Assembly (NCBI GenBank): GCA_013265495.1
Contig: MU058213.1
Coordinates: 5,663,149 to 5,727,148, forward strand
DNA: 64,000 nt
Source: Vicugna vicugna
Lineage: Eukaryota
Reading direction: 5' to 3'
Shown here one piece after another: positions 36,004 to 50,224 of the stretch. How positions within the stretch are numbered: the stretch's first letter is position 1; the number at the start of each line of letters is the position of its first letter. A program made the position numbers and the translations under genes. The notes under the pieces were generated by a model. The model was not told where the DNA came from and made no database searches. It saw nothing but the letters and a program-made list of their open reading frames with translations.

Positions 36004-37993
36004 TCATTTGTGGGAAATATTTCTAGCAGTGGAAGTGCCAGGTCAAATGATTTCTTTTTTTCAACATAATGGATGTTGCCATATGGCTTTCCCGAAACAT
36101 TACAATTTGCAGTTCCACCGTAATCTATGAGTAACTAGTCTCCTCTCTCCACCTCCTTCCAGGAAGAAATACTTATTGCTTGTTTTAGTGTTTGCCAGTC
36201 TAATGAATGTAAGTGATAACCTCACTGTGACTACTTACATTTCCCTACCTACTACTGAGTCTCAGAATCTTACCATAGTTTCACTGAATTTGCTTTTCTG
36301 TGAACTGATTTTTCAAGTCCCATTTTCCATTGTCAGTTTATAAGAACTACACATTTTATGAAACTTTATTAGCGCTTTATCTTTTGGCTTTTTCACAAAT
36401 ATTTTTTCCAGAACTGTGCCTCCATTGATTTTAATTAGACTATTATTTGCTATACAGTAGTATATAATTTTTTTAGGTCAAAAAAGCCTAACATTTCTTT
36501 CATAACATATGGATTTCCTGACTTGGTGACAGTCTCTCTCATCACTGAATTGCAGATTGCACAAAATGAAGATTTTCTTCTGAGATTTGAATTTGTTTTT
36601 CTACCTTAAGGCTTTCATCAATCTGAAATTTATTTTTGTATATGGTTTGAGACAGACTGTCAAGTTTATTTTCTTCTATATGGATAAAAGTGGTTGCTGA
36701 AATTTAGGGAATGCCTAAGTAATACATGGTTTTCTTCTTTAGTTTATTCATAAAATTAATTGTATTGATAAATTTCCTGATACTGATTCACACCTGCATT
36801 CTTGGAATAAACCCTCCTTGGTTACAACATATTTTTTCATAACGTTGGATTTTACTTGCTAAAATGTTATGTATAAGTTTGCCTTTATTTTCATAAGAGA
36901 AACCAATCCACAACTTTTTGGGCTCTAATATTTTTACCCTTTGATATTCCCCCGCTTTTATCTATGGCCTTGAATAGTTTATATAATATTGTAATGATCT
37001 TTGTATTTTTTTAATTAGAGAAAAGCTCAGCTGTGAAACCATCTGGTCCTTGTGCTTTTGCATATAGTATGCTTAGGTCTTCAGCTTTTACTTGTTTGTT
37101 GCATATAACATTTATTAAAATTATTTTTGTCAAATACCTTCAAGCAAAACAGGTACAAAGTTACTCACAATAATGAGTAAATGAAGGCATAACATTAAAG
37201 TGCAAAAAAAATCCCAAACTAAACTCTGAAATTCTAATAATTCTGCTTGAAGTAACTGAGCAAATGCACACATCTTCCATGGAAAATAAGATTAAGCCAC
37301 AGGAATGGTATGTAGGGCTCTGTCCAACATTAAATTTAGATACAGTTCACCAAAGCTGAGGGGGGAAGAGAAACCAGCAGACGATAAAGTTAAAAAGTTT
37401 AGTTTACTGTCAAAAGAAACTATGTTGGAGAATGGTACTATTTCTCCCAATTTCTAGAGATACTCTTCCTAAGAGTATATTTAAATACTGTATTTTCAGG
37501 AAGTACATTTGGAGTAGCCCTAAGTTCTTACCATTCCGGGGGACCGGTGAGTTCATTCATTGTGTGGGTGATGCTCTTTGTGTTTGTGTCCTACCCTATA
37601 CTCTGAAATTCTAAATGGAATTAGAGGTACACTGAGTCTTACTGCTATTTTTGTATTTATCCAGCAATGAAATACAACAACATGTAATGTGTGTAGGCCC
37701 ATAAAATAGACCCGTCTATTTAGGAATACAAAGTAAGATAAGGAATCGAATGCACTTAAAAAAAGAAAGTTCTTAAAAGGAAATACTTAACAGGCTATAA
37801 TAAGTTACTTCTGTGAGATCTTTTCTGACTCTACTCTCTTCCAGTCTGGAGTAAAATTAGTAAAATTAAACAACCACAATAACAAGCATAAATTACATCT
37901 GGCTTTTTATGAGGTTCGTTAATTTTAAAACAGAAAGAAATACAGGACAATGGTTTTTTTTCTCCCTAAGAAGGAAGCTTTCACTTCTATAGT

Positions 37994-38206
37994 CAAGGCC
38001 AGGACTAGAGTGAGGCAAGCAAGCCACCTCCATCACAAAACCCAAGGAGACAAGACAGTGCAAGCGCCAGCCCTCGCTAGTGTGACCCTGAGAGAGAGCG
38101 CTGCCTTACGAGCGAGCGGGGCGCCCCGGCTGCCTGCGCGGGCACTTGCATGATCTTGTCTTCTTGCCCTGGGCACCTAACTTGCCTCTCCGTAGTCCCA
38201 ACTTTG
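37994..38206. mobile_element. MER96-like palindromic hAT MITE, rearranged
   Basis: Imperfect terminal inverted repeats CAAGGCCAGGACTAGAGTGAGGCAAG and CTTGCCTCTCCGTAGTCCCAACTTTG. Confidence 0.65.
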
Positions 38207-40326
38207 TTTATGTTGAATCCTTCCTCTTATTTTCTTTCGCTTAATTTTGTTCTTTTCAAATAATTTGTTGCATGGAAAACAAGTTTTTTTTTTATTTTTA
38301 GATGTTCTTCTTTAATGATAATCATATGTATGTTTATAAATTTTCCTCCGAGTTCAGATTTTGATGGGAAGCACACCCCTTTTAATGCTCTATACAGTTT
38401 TCAGTTTTAGCTCTATTTTTCTCTTTGCTCCAAAATTCCAGGAACTGTTCCTTTATTTATAAATAGGCTATTCTAGACACTTCTAAATTATTTCTAATCT
38501 TATTAGATGCAGCTACAAAAAAAAATTTCTCACTTTTAAATTTCGTAAGACTCTGGGATCAAGCACATAATCAATTTTTATTATATTCTAATGGATGTAT
38601 GAACAGTTCTATTTTTTTTCACTTGAGGGATGTTAGATTGTCCATTTATCTGTTAAATTGAGTATGTTGAATGTATTATTCAATTTTTCTATATCTTTGT
38701 GTGTTAGATTTGATTATTAAAAATGTTTTGAAATCTACAAAACTTTTATCAAGTTGTCTTTACATTTACCTTGTATGGCATATATAGGATTGCTAATGCT
38801 AATTCTGCATATGTGCTTTACATTGTTACATAATATCCCTCTTATAAAGCTTTTACTTTAAATTCCTCCTTGTCTATTAACTTTGCTATTTCTATTTTCT
38901 TTTTTATTATATTTGCTTGGTATCTTTGTCCATCCCTTTACTTTCAACTTTTCTTTACACTTTGTTTCTTTACATTTTTGTTTTAGATATTTTTCTTCTA
39001 TATGTTGTATGGTGGCTGATTTATATTTCCAGCTCAATCTAAGGATCTCTGTCTTCTAGTGGGAAAATCCGGTCCCTTCACATTTAGCATAATGATTGGA
39101 TTCCTCCTACTATCTTATTTTATTTAGTTATTGGCTTATTTTACTTATTTCCTAGTTTTAATTATATTTATTTTTGCAGATTGATCACATTGATATTATT
39201 TCCCTTTCCATCTTGTTAACATCATTTTTCTTGTGGATTTTCGTTCTATTTCCTGCTACTTTTCCTTTCCTGTTGCTCATAATCAGATAACTATTCCTTT
39301 ACCATTGTATGAAAACCAGACACAAATTTCTCCCACCAAAATACTCTCTTCCTCCACTGCTTCCACTCCAAATTTTATAATAGTTTCACACCCCGCCCCC
39401 CCATCAGTTCCACAGCCACTCCCCAGATGAGACCTTTGGAACAATTCTCTCCTTTCCACCCACCCCTGATGCCTGGATTTGCTGAGATTCACTTATTAGT
39501 TTTAGTTCCAGGTTGTTTTTAGAAGAGTTGTCAAGGCAGATGGTGATGTGATCAACTCAGGAAAAGAATAGACTTTTACGGAGTGGAAGCCCAGCCACAT
39601 TCCACAGTCAGAAGGCTGAGTATCTGAGCTTTGAGTATCCATCCGGTTGCTGGTAATATACCCTGATTTGGGTTATGATTCCTCTTACCATTCTCCTAAG
39701 ATGTTATGTTCTCCTGGCCCTTTTCCACTCTTCTGGATTCTTTGAGTTTATTTGGTCACTAAGTGAAAGAAGCTAGTAACATATTCTTGGGTTATTTTTG
39801 CAAGATTGGGAGAACTAAAGGTATAGGAGGTCTGCCTAGGTCAATTTCCAGAGTCCCTTTCTCTTGTTGGTCAGCAGGTTGCTACACTGTAGTGTTCAGT
39901 GTTGTAGATAAGCAGTCCAGTGCTAGGGTGATCCTCTCTCCTTTAGGAGTAACTTCTCCTTTGTGGAGACTTATAAGATTTTCCTCTATTCTTGTAGCTC
40001 AGAGAAACAATATGACTAGGAGTTTTTTGGGTTTTTTTTTTTAATCATCAGTCCTTCCTGGAACTCTGGGACATGTGAATCTCTCTTCAGCTAAGAAACT
40101 TTCCTTATAATACTGATTGCCTCTTCTACTGTATCCCCCACCCCCTTCTCTATTTCTATTCATCTCCTGATTTCTCTCTCTTTGTATTTTTGCACTGTGC
40201 TTTGAGGCATCTCTCTCTCTTAGCTTCCAGGATAGTAATATAGACATCAACAGTGACCACTTTCTCCTTCAGTTCATCTCCCGAAATTCTTACATCAAAA
40301 TCTTTTTTGGTCTCAGCAAATCAGTT

Positions 40327-40349
40327 TGTGTGTGTGTGTGTGTGTGTGT
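40327..40349. repeat. (TG)11 microsatellite
   Basis: Seen directly; followed by ACGCACGCACGTG. Confidence 0.95.
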
Positions 40350-41049
40350 ACGCACGCACGTGCTGCAATTAAATCTCTTTAAGTTTTCTTATTCTTCTGG
40401 TTCAAGTTATCTATGCCAGCAGCTATTTCTGTACTGAAGGTTCTGCTTGTAACTCTTCTCCCTGGCTGCTGGGCCGTGTTAGGAGGCTTCTTTTCCTTCA
40501 TTTGCTCACGGGGGCTCTGTCCCCAGGTATTGGAGTGTCTTAAGTGTAGCATTCCTGAAGCAGTGGAAGGAACGGTAGTCTCAGCCTCCCCTGGCCCAAG
40601 CTCAGCAGCAGAGGGTTTGCCAGTTCTCTGCTGAGGCATGAGGAGGAAGCCCTTCTTAGTCGTCTCACCTCTCCCAGGGATGGAGGCAGCTCACCCAATC
40701 TGTCCAGCTCCTCGGGAACCAGGGACACTAGGTACACTCACAAGGACTGTCCCCCTGGTCCTCCCTCTGTCAGGGTTCTGAAGCCTCGCCAACATCCCAG
40801 GCACCGTCTGCCGCCTGGAGGCCCCAGCAGCTGCTTTTTTCCGGAGAGGCAGGTGGATTAAACTGCAAGTGGAAAAGAGGCACAATGTGTTTGAGCTGAG
40901 AATCTTTCTGGAACCTCTTATTATTCCTTGTTCCTCGAGTCTCGGAGCTTCCTCACTTCTTACTTTCACATTCCAAAGCGTTCAATAAATCACAATAAAT
41001 GCTATCACCCCTACCACAAATATTCTCTGGTGCAGCTTCCAGACATTAC

Positions 41050-41400
41050 GATGCTTTTGTAAGCTAACTCAAACTGGTTTAATAAAAAAATATTTTTAAA
41101 AATCTCACAAAAAAGCAAGTCCCCAGGTAAGGTGGGCTTCAGGGAAGGTTGATTCAGCACTCAGTAGGATAAACGGCTTTTTGATTTTGTGGTTATTCTT
41201 TTTCCCTCTGCTCTGCCATCCTTGATGTTGGCTTCATCCTCAGGCTGACAGCAAGTTGGATGTTGCAATTTCAGGCAACACACTAAGACATGACAACATT
41301 CAGAGAAAGAAAAGTGGAAACGCCCTCATATCTTACTGGCCAGATTGGGTTACATGCCCACTCCTAAATTGGGTGAGGGTGACGGGATCACACCAAAAAC
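41050..41400. mobile_element. MaLR (MLT1-like) LTR remnant
   Basis: AACTCAAACTGGTTTAA...GGCTTCAGG...TTGGCTTCATCCTCAGGCT...TGGCCAGATTGGGTTACATGCCCA. Confidence 0.6.
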
Positions 41401-42229
41401 CAGTCATCCCTAACCACAGGGCTGTTTGAGGAGAAGATGATTAAATCAAGGAACACCTGCTCCGAGCTAAATGTTCTCAGCTCAATAAGCAGTTTTTCAC
41501 ATGAAAACAAGACTAGTTGGCATTTGAGTGCTCGCCATATGCAAGGTGCCTTACAAACATGCTCATTTAATCCTCATCACAGTCCCCTGAGGTGGTTAAT
41601 ATTCTTATCCTTGTTTCACAGATGAGGGACCTAGAGCTTAACTAACTTTAACAAGGTCACACAATTAATGAGCCATCGTTTCCCTCCTTATAGATTCTAT
41701 AGGTCTACGAATGCAGCCTAGCATTGCAGTCAGCGACAGAAAACGTCCTTTATATAGTAATTCCCTTGGACCCCACGTGAGAGCTATAATTAGATACTCT
41801 GCTTTCAGACACTGTCCTTCATACTATGGAGCCTGGTAACCAGCTCACGGTGCAAAACTGTCCATGGCGGACCACCAGCTGTCCTCTCTCTGTCACAGCT
41901 GGGACTGTGCAGGGCTGTTTGGCTATGCCTTGGAGTTTCACCTTTGTTTTATTATGCAACAAGCTCGGGAATCCTCTTATGAAACAAGCCTCAAGATCTT
42001 ATTATGATAGCCTGAGCTCTACACATTAAACACGCATGGCTTGTGCATTCATTTCGTATGTTCCCTTAGAAACTAACAAGCATCTGGGAAGTCAAACAAG
42101 TATTTCACACCCCTGTCTACACATGAAACTCTCTGTACTCAGGGCTCGGCTGTGTACGTGTGTGTGTCCAATTAAGTGTTTTCCCATTATAAAAGCAAAG
42201 TGCGCTCACAGAACGTAAGAACCTATCAG

Positions 42230-42316
42230 GGCACACAACATTGTAAAATGATTACAAATCAATAAAAAAATTTTAAAAATAAATAAATAAATTAAATAAC
42301 TGTTCAACAACAACAA
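42230..42316 (+). mobile_element. Extremely 5'-truncated L1 insertion (87 bp)
   Basis: 13-bp TSD AAGAACCTATCAG at 42217-42229 and 42317-42329. The body ACACAACATTGTAAAATGATTACAAATCAATAAAA differs at one base from the L1 end at about 42986-43020. Confidence 0.9.
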
Positions 42317-42719
42317 AAGAACCTATCAGCGGAAAGACACCTCCAGTTCTACTCCCCAGCTCTCCTTCTCCCACCTGCAAGATAATCACTGTTACTATGG
42401 GTGTATCTCTATAGACTCTTTCCGCAATGCATTTATTTTTCTTTAATTTTTTACTATGGTAATATTCCAATACACACAAAAATAGAAATATAGTAAAAGC
42501 CCAATGTTCCCATTACCCAACTCCAACAATCCACAAGGACAATGTGTTGTAACATAGTTGACATCACACTATCTGAAGTAATTTTTGAAATTACTATAAA
42601 AAGAATCTGAGATCATAAAAAATTCAAACAATATGGAAGGATAAAAAGCAAAAATTAAAAATCCCCTTCCTCTCCTAAGACCCTTCATTCCAGTGCTAAG
42701 AAATAATTTAACAGTTTTT

Positions 42720-43032
42720 CAAACAAACAAACAAAAACAAAGCGCAAATACAGGACAGAAAGAGACTCACAGACAGAGAATACAGACTTGTGGTTACCAG
42801 GGGGGTGGAGGGTGGGAAGGGATAGACTGGGATTTCAAAATTGTACAATAGATAAACAAGATTACACTGTATAGCACAGGGAAATATACACCAAATGTTA
42901 TGGTAACTCACAGAGAAAAAAATGTGACAATGAGTGTGTATATGTCCATGAATGACTGAAAAATTGTGCTGAACACTGGAATTTGACACAACATTGTAAA
43001 ATGATTATAAATCAATAAAAATGTTTTAAAAA
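42720..43032 (+). mobile_element. 5'-truncated young L1 (3' UTR only)
   Basis: Perfect 22-bp direct repeat AAGAAATAATTTAACAGTTTTT at 42698-42719 and 43033-43054. Homologous to the 3' UTR at 22830-23140. Confidence 0.93.
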
Positions 43033-44164
43033 AAGAAATAATTTAACAGTTTTTAATGTACTAATCTAGACATTTTCTATACATAAATTATATATTTTTA
43101 CAAACTTTGAAAACTTTGCACACAAGAAATCAGACCATATGTATTTATTATTACTTGCTTTTTCCACTTACTGTACGTTGGAGGTCTTCAGAAGTAAACA
43201 CCTAGGAGTGGCCTGCATTCTTCAACAGCTTCAGTGTTCCCCTGGAAAGCAAACTTCACCCAGGAACATGGGAAGGGTGAAAGCTAGTTGATCTGTAAGA
43301 TACGCAAATCCCATCTCCAAAGCCAGAGGTTTACAAAGTGGGTTGTGTACACACCAAGGTGTGTGCAAAATGACCCACTGGAATGTAGAAAGAAATACTG
43401 TAGTGTCCATTAAGTTTTAATGCATGCTTTTAAATTTTTGCATATTTTAAAACAGTAATAATGTAATAACATTTGCATTATTTATAAGTATTTCCATATT
43501 AGGAATGTGTACTCAAGATTTCTAAGTATGGGGTACAAGATCAACAGAGTTGGAAACCATGTTCCCAAGCAGCTGTTTTAATGAGTGCCACAGAAGGCAG
43601 CGGTGCCTGGAAGTCTGAGAGAGCAGGCTAAGTGCCTGACCTCTGAATCTCTGCAACCAGTGGTCCCTCAGTGTCATGTGTTTTAACAGACAGGAAACTC
43701 TAAGCCCAGGGAGAACTCCTTTGGTAAGAACCTGTCCCTGCTGAGCATCCTGCAAAGGTACCCACCATCTAAGCAGCAATGCACAGTGTTTTTACAGAAC
43801 CCAGACTCTCGGGCGAGGGGAAGGTGGGAGCGTTTCTGAGTTTCGGAGCACTGTGTACTATAAAAAGACCCTGTTCCTCAGAGATCACAATTACTGTTAG
43901 TTTATTTGATGCTCTTAAGTACCTCATTTTAAAAAAAATCAATCAATAATCAAAAACCTGTTTGAATTTTACTCAGCATTTTCATTTGACCCTGGAATCC
44001 ATATCCCCTCTCAACTTTTTATTTTTTCTGAGTATTTGTTTAAAAACCTATGGAACTAGAATTTTGTGGGAAAACTTTGTAGGAAAAAAACGTTGATCTG
44101 GACATCTGCTGCAGGAAAGCACATTTACAGCACAAACATTTACAAAATATTTTAACTTCTACCT

Positions 44165-44170
44165 TTTATT
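44165..44170 (-). terminator. Candidate distal poly(A) signal of a long ADAM10 3' UTR
   Basis: Minus-strand AATAAA followed about 20-45 nt later by GU-rich TGTTTGTGCTGT...TGTGCTTT. Confidence 0.5.
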
Positions 44171-46754
44171 ATGAAAGAGTCAAATAGAAAATACCATAGA
44201 TGATTTAGCTAAAGAAAACACTTGTCCACACACACAAAGAAGCTAGGGTCTCCCCATTTGATTTCTAATTTGAGCTTTGTGAATCCATTTCTTCTTCTGC
44301 CAAGAGTTATAATTTGTTGCTTATACGCTCCAAAGCTAAGCTGTGCTTTCCCCATTTGTGCAAAACGTGGTGGGTACATTTTATATTCTATAAATACAAA
44401 TGCATATTAGATTTTGAGAGAAAAATTCTCTCTAGGGGTGAGAGGAGGAGACTGTGACGCTAGGGGATTTAGAATCAGAGACTTTAAAAGAAGTATGGGT
44501 GTTGGTATATGTTATGATGAGGCAGACTTCTGTTCATTATCTTGTGAAATCATTGCCTATTTTGCAAAGCACATACCCTGTATTAAAATACAAACGTTTA
44601 CTGAACACTTACTATAGCCAAGTTCTAAAATTCAGTCCTGTAGAAGAATCAAGAGGGAAGGAGCAATCCAGGCAGAGGGAAAAGCACACGGCGTGGAAGT
44701 ACGACAGCGCACGGAACTGCCCTGCAATTACACAATTTCTAAAAGTGACAGTAAGTTTGAACAAGTAAGACCAAATTTTTAACGAAATTCCAAAACTCGG
44801 CTCAACTTTGTCTTGACTCACATATGCATCTCCTCTGAGCTTGTAGCTACCGGCATTTATATAGTTTACAGCACAAATCCCTCTGCATTATGATTGTTGG
44901 ATTTTTTCTTTCCACTAGACTATGAGTTCCCTGACAGCTTGGATTGCAGTCCCTGGGGGGCTGTGAGGAGAAAATGCAGTAGGTTCATAAATAAATGAGA
45001 ATTGAAGTAGCCACTGAATACAGATAATTCTTTCAAGCGCTTGGCGTGGATAAGGCAGGATTACGATGCAATGTAGTATGTGCTACGACAGGAATGCATA
45101 CTGCACCGGAGAGCAGTAAATCAGAGGGACACCTCACTCAGCCTGGTAGGAGGTTAGATGTCCTGATTCCGAGTTTATGGGAGTCATGAAACAGAGGTCA
45201 AGGTCTGAAAATGCAAGTTCTTTTCACAACTCCGAAACTGTTGCCAGCATCCTTAAGAACAATAATCAAGTATGACATCTGCAAAGTACAAGCCAGCTCT
45301 TCAGTAAATGAATACAATGTTAAGCAAAAATGAAAAAGCACTTTAAAAAAAATACACAAAGAAACTTCAACGGCTGGGTTCACGTATAATAAAATTAAGA
45401 GCAAAAAACATTACCTTTTCCCAAAGAAAAACTAGCTATCATTGCCCAATATATAAACCATTCAATATTATTTTAAACCCCATTTGACCTATTTAACCTC
45501 TCTTCATCCTTCAGATTTGGCGCCAAGCATCACTTTCTTGGGGAAGCACTCCCGACCTTCCTAACTAGGTCCTACCTCCTTCCTCAGTCCCATCCCTGCA
45601 TGATCAGTTCTTGGACCCCCAAAGCCTCCCCCTCACAGTACTTACCATGGTTGTTACCAACATGTGTTCACATGATTCTTCGATTTGTATCTGTCTCACC
45701 TACTAGACTGTAAGCTTCAGGAGGGCAGGGACGCTGGAAGTTCACCACTGTATGCCTACCATCTGGGAGGGGTGCTGGTGCAACCAGATGCTTAAGGCAG
45801 ATGTGGCCAATGAATAGCTGAGGTAGCCAGTCCCTGCAAATCAGCACATGCATATTATACAAGCCAAAGAGTTCCAAACATGAAATCTAAGATTTGAAGG
45901 GAGAACAGGAAAAAAATGGTTAACAGGTCAATACAGTACATGAGAGAGGTAAGTAACAGGGACTGATGAAAAATAAAAACTAAATGTAATCACAAAACTA
46001 AAATGATGAAAAATTAATCATAACATATTGACATCTTATTTTATAAAAACTGTCCTTTGGGGTTTAGAAATACAAAGGCTAACTGTCCAAAAGGCAGGGA
46101 AAGAAAGAATAATAAAATATACATTTAGAAGAATGAAATTGCTTAATTACCAAACAGGCTTCACTTTTCAAAATGATGTCTAAAATGTATGCAATGGAAA
46201 CACATTTTATATAAGACAACCTACACTACATCAAATTATTCTAATGTCTTTACACTAAGAACAAACAATTCCAAGTGTCTTTTTTAAGATACATTTCCAC
46301 CTCCAGGGATCATTATCATTTTAACAAGAAAGAGTACAATTTAGTTTACTGTACTGAGCTACTTAAGATTTATTCTAATGCGGGACACACAGGTTAAATG
46401 TAGATAATCTGATCACACTCCCTGACATGTTTTAAAAGAAAATATTTATTTTCTGTTAAATAGCTAGTTAAGCTCCACAGAAACTAGTGAGCAGGGAGGG
46501 ATCTAATGGCCTGCTTGCTATGACTGCAGAATGACTGATAGCTTTAAGCATTCACCCCAGCAGTTGAAATCAATTAATCATTCATTGCAACTGGAGCAGA
46601 ATATAATTAATTATGTTAGCTTGACTGGTTCAAGTTTAATTCCACTAAAATCATTATAAAAATCATAATGAATATAGGCCATTATCATGAACTGTTGCTA
46701 AAATAAAAACAGTAATGAATTGAGCTTCTACATGAATTTAATTCACATTTTAAA

Positions 46755-47790
46755 AGACTTTTTATGGAAAAGGTTGAATATAAACACAGGTAGAGAAAAT
46801 GGTATAATGAATCCCCAAGTACCCATCACCCAGCTTCAATGATTGTCAACTCACAGTCTTGTTTTCAACTATACTCACGCACTACACAACTGCAGCTCAA
46901 AATTATTTTTAAGCAAATCTGAACACTATCATTTTTCACTTTTAATTATTCAATTTGCATCTTTAAACGGGCTTCTATTTAAAAAGTAAACATGATACCA
47001 TTATCACACCTATAAATAATTGCAAAAATCCTAAAAACCTTCCAATATCCAGTTAGTTTTCCTATTTCCCCAATGGTCTCATATTTCACTGTTTATTTAC
47101 ATCAGGATCATAATAAGTCCATCTCAAGTCTCTCTTAATCCATCTTTTTTTTTTTTCTTTTTTCCTTGCAATTTAGTTGAAGAAACAGAGTCATTTGTCC
47201 TGTAGTTTTCCAGCCTGCATTTTGCTGAATGAATCCCTTGTGGTATTGTTTGACGAGCTCTTTTGTTTCCTGTGTTTCTAGTAAAGAGGTGGTTTGATGC
47301 AGAGGCTTGATCAGGATCAGGTTCGACTTCTGGCAGGACTGCTCCGTAAGTGGTATGTCTGTTTCCATCAGGAGGCATCAAGTATTTGACCACTCTCTCC
47401 GCGAGGTTAGCAGTCACTGATGATCACTGTCTAGATCCATTAATCTTTATGGGGTAAAATGGTGATACTGTATCACTCCTCTTTAACATTATTAGCTGGA
47501 GTATTTCTTTAAGAGCACGGTCCAAAGGTGAGTATGACTTTGTGAACTATCATTATTAACTCATAAAGTAAAACCACTTTGCCAGTGAAAACTTTAAGGT
47601 GACTCCAATCTTTTTTGGCAGACCTCTATAATCGCTTTTTTGCTTTCTGGTACAACCATGTTTTTTTAGGCTCTACTTACACATTTCTTTCTCTAGACCT
47701 GGAATTAGCCAGTTATTCAAGGAAGGGTGGTTTCTTTGAAGACAATGGTATTTAAAGACCACAAATAGGGCACTACTTTTGACTTGCATT
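46755..47790 (-). mobile_element. Old L1 (L1MC-like) 3' region
   Basis: AGAGAAAATGGTATAATGAATCCCCAAGTACCCATCACCCAGCTTCAA...; CCTGGAATTAGCCAGTTATTCAAGGA. Confidence 0.6.
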
Positions 47791-50224
47791 TGAGTTATAT
47801 CCAAAGCTAATAAATCAATTAAGCAGGACTGTCTTCTACCATTGTTTCTAATAAATTCACATGGCTGCATACATGTGAATCTTAAACCACAGGGCTCTCA
47901 GATTTTTAAAAAAAAACATATATAAATATGCTAAAGGTGGACATCTTCTTATATGTTAATTGTAGTATATAACTTGGTATATCTCTCTAGAAGACAGTAT
48001 CATAATTTTTATCAATGACCTTTAAAAAACCTTTAACCCAACAATTCCACTTTTAGGAACTTCTTTTATTATGAGGCTTAGGGTTTTCCTTAAAGGATTG
48101 TTTAAAACAATGAACAACCTGAAAACCTAAATGTCCAAACAATAGGGAACTGGTTAATTTTTTAAATGTACAGTACATCCATAGAACAAAATATTTACAT
48201 TCATTAAAATGACACAGATACAGTATCAATGTATTGTTAAAGTAAGAAAGGCGCATTACAAAAGTGTGCATATTATGTCTTTGGCCACATGCATAGAAAA
48301 AAGTCTTAAAGGCTATATCCCAAAATCTTAATGCAAACAGGGCTGTTCTAATGTCTTCTCTGCTGGTTTAGGATTTGGCTTTCCAGGGTCTGCCAGGTCA
48401 GATACTATTTCTCCCTCTGCGTTCCAGTGTCAAAAATGTTATCTTCTCTTCAATATTCCTTATCCTTATTGGATTCTGCTCTTTTCTTTCCCCAATCACT
48501 GTGATTTAGCAGAGATTTTAGGAAAGAGCAGAGGCTAATAAATTATTTTGCTCAACCTTCCGTCTTTTTACCTAACATCCTGTTGCTTTTCACAGGAGAG
48601 AACAGATACTCTGAAGACCTTATCAATTTAAATATATCTGAATTTCTACTGGGAATAATGTATACATGTATGTATCTAAGACACACAAACAATATAGCAA
48701 TATAAAATGCAAGGGCTCACTTGTATCTTAATAATATAAAGCCAGGGATACAGAAATGACAGTGGAAAAACTAAACTGATAATAAATGGAAAAGGAGACT
48801 CAAGTGGAAGTTGTTTATAATCAAGAACATAAAACCAGAAATGCTGAAACTGAAGATGAGCTCTGGGGGGGTAGGCTGATTACACTTTAAGTTATTTAGA
48901 AATCAAAAGTGCTTTTCAGGAAATTACAACTTTTTTGCAACTTTAGTGACTTCTCTAAAGATGAACTGTCCTTGGCAGCTGCTTTAAAACTATATCCAAC
49001 TTGCTCTCTAGCTTTGGGAGACCTTGACTCTTTAAATTTGGGTAAGAAACACCACGTCTTATATCCCTGAAGACGGGCTGTCCGGTTCTGTAATGGACTC
49101 ACTATGCTGACCCTCTATAAACTTTCAATGAGAAATACCTAAGAAATTAAAAGCCTTCTCAAACACAAGCACCGACAAATGCACAGCTGCCAGGACATTC
49201 ATCCCATCTTCAGAGAAATGAAAATCAAGAAATGAAAATCATTAAGACTTAAATGTACAGAGATAGAAGTAAGGACTTGAGAGCAGTTTGCACAGTTTGG
49301 AGAAATCTTCAGTTCTAACTAGTCTGTGAATATGACAAAAATGAAGTACCCAAAGCACAAGGTGCTGAAGACACCTCAGAGAACATGCCTGATGAGGTAC
49401 AGTGATCTTTCCCTTAAAGAAACCCTTCCCAAAACTCTGTATTTCCTGACACTGTGGGGAACTAGTCCAGAAACGGCAAAACTTTATTCTATTGCTGATT
49501 CAATAGAAACAAAATTTAAGCATTCAGTTGTAAGTAAAATTAATACATTTGTAATCATCTAATATTTATGTTTTCATAAACAAACACAATTAAACATAAT
49601 ATACATTTTGATGTTTCTAAATTAAGGTAACTAAAAAGTATTATATATTTTTACTTATTTAACAAATACTACTTACTTAAGTTGGCCTCAGTTTAAAAAC
49701 AAAAAAAGAATTTGGGGCAGATTATTCTGTGCAGGTCACCATTCTGGGCTTACAGTTCTTTTTCTAGATAAGACTGTAATGTCAAGTCTCTCCTTATTTG
49801 CTATAAATTTGACAAAGCAGGAAAATGTGACTCAAATTTTTAAAATATATGTATCATCAAACTAGACTTTTAAAATAAATGAGGTTCAATTCAGCATTCA
49901 AAACTTTGCAAAAAAAAATAAGGCCACAGTTTCCAAAATGACTCAGTTCTTCCACCAAGACACTTTTAAACACTTTGAAAATTGATTAGAATTAATGTAA
50001 AGCAGCTGAGATTAAGTGTTTTCCAAATGTTCAGTGTATGGATACAGAGATAGCTACTCAAATTTTTTTACATGAACTTCTAACCAGGAATAAAGATGTC
50101 TATACTCATGTGGACAGAGAGAATACTCTTTTTGCTTAACAATCTCTTTCATTTAGTCAGGAAAAGCTGCCTTGCGGGAAACTTCTTTTGATAGTTCTCA
50201 GAGTTCAAAGAGTATGAAACCTTC

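Larger units (their letters stand above)
35300..40450 (-). mobile_element. Fragmented ancient L1 (L1ME-like) tract
   Basis: T-rich + strand with scattered degenerate antisense ORF2 motifs (CTGCATTCTTGGAATAAACCC, CTGTGAAACCATCTGGTCC, AATCTAAGGATCTCTGTCTT). Boundaries are rough and the tract is interrupted. Confidence 0.55.

Noticed and set aside
38118..38135. CTCF-like GCGCCCCGGCTGCC
   Set aside because: Several core positions mismatch, so it cannot be supported without a PWM scan.
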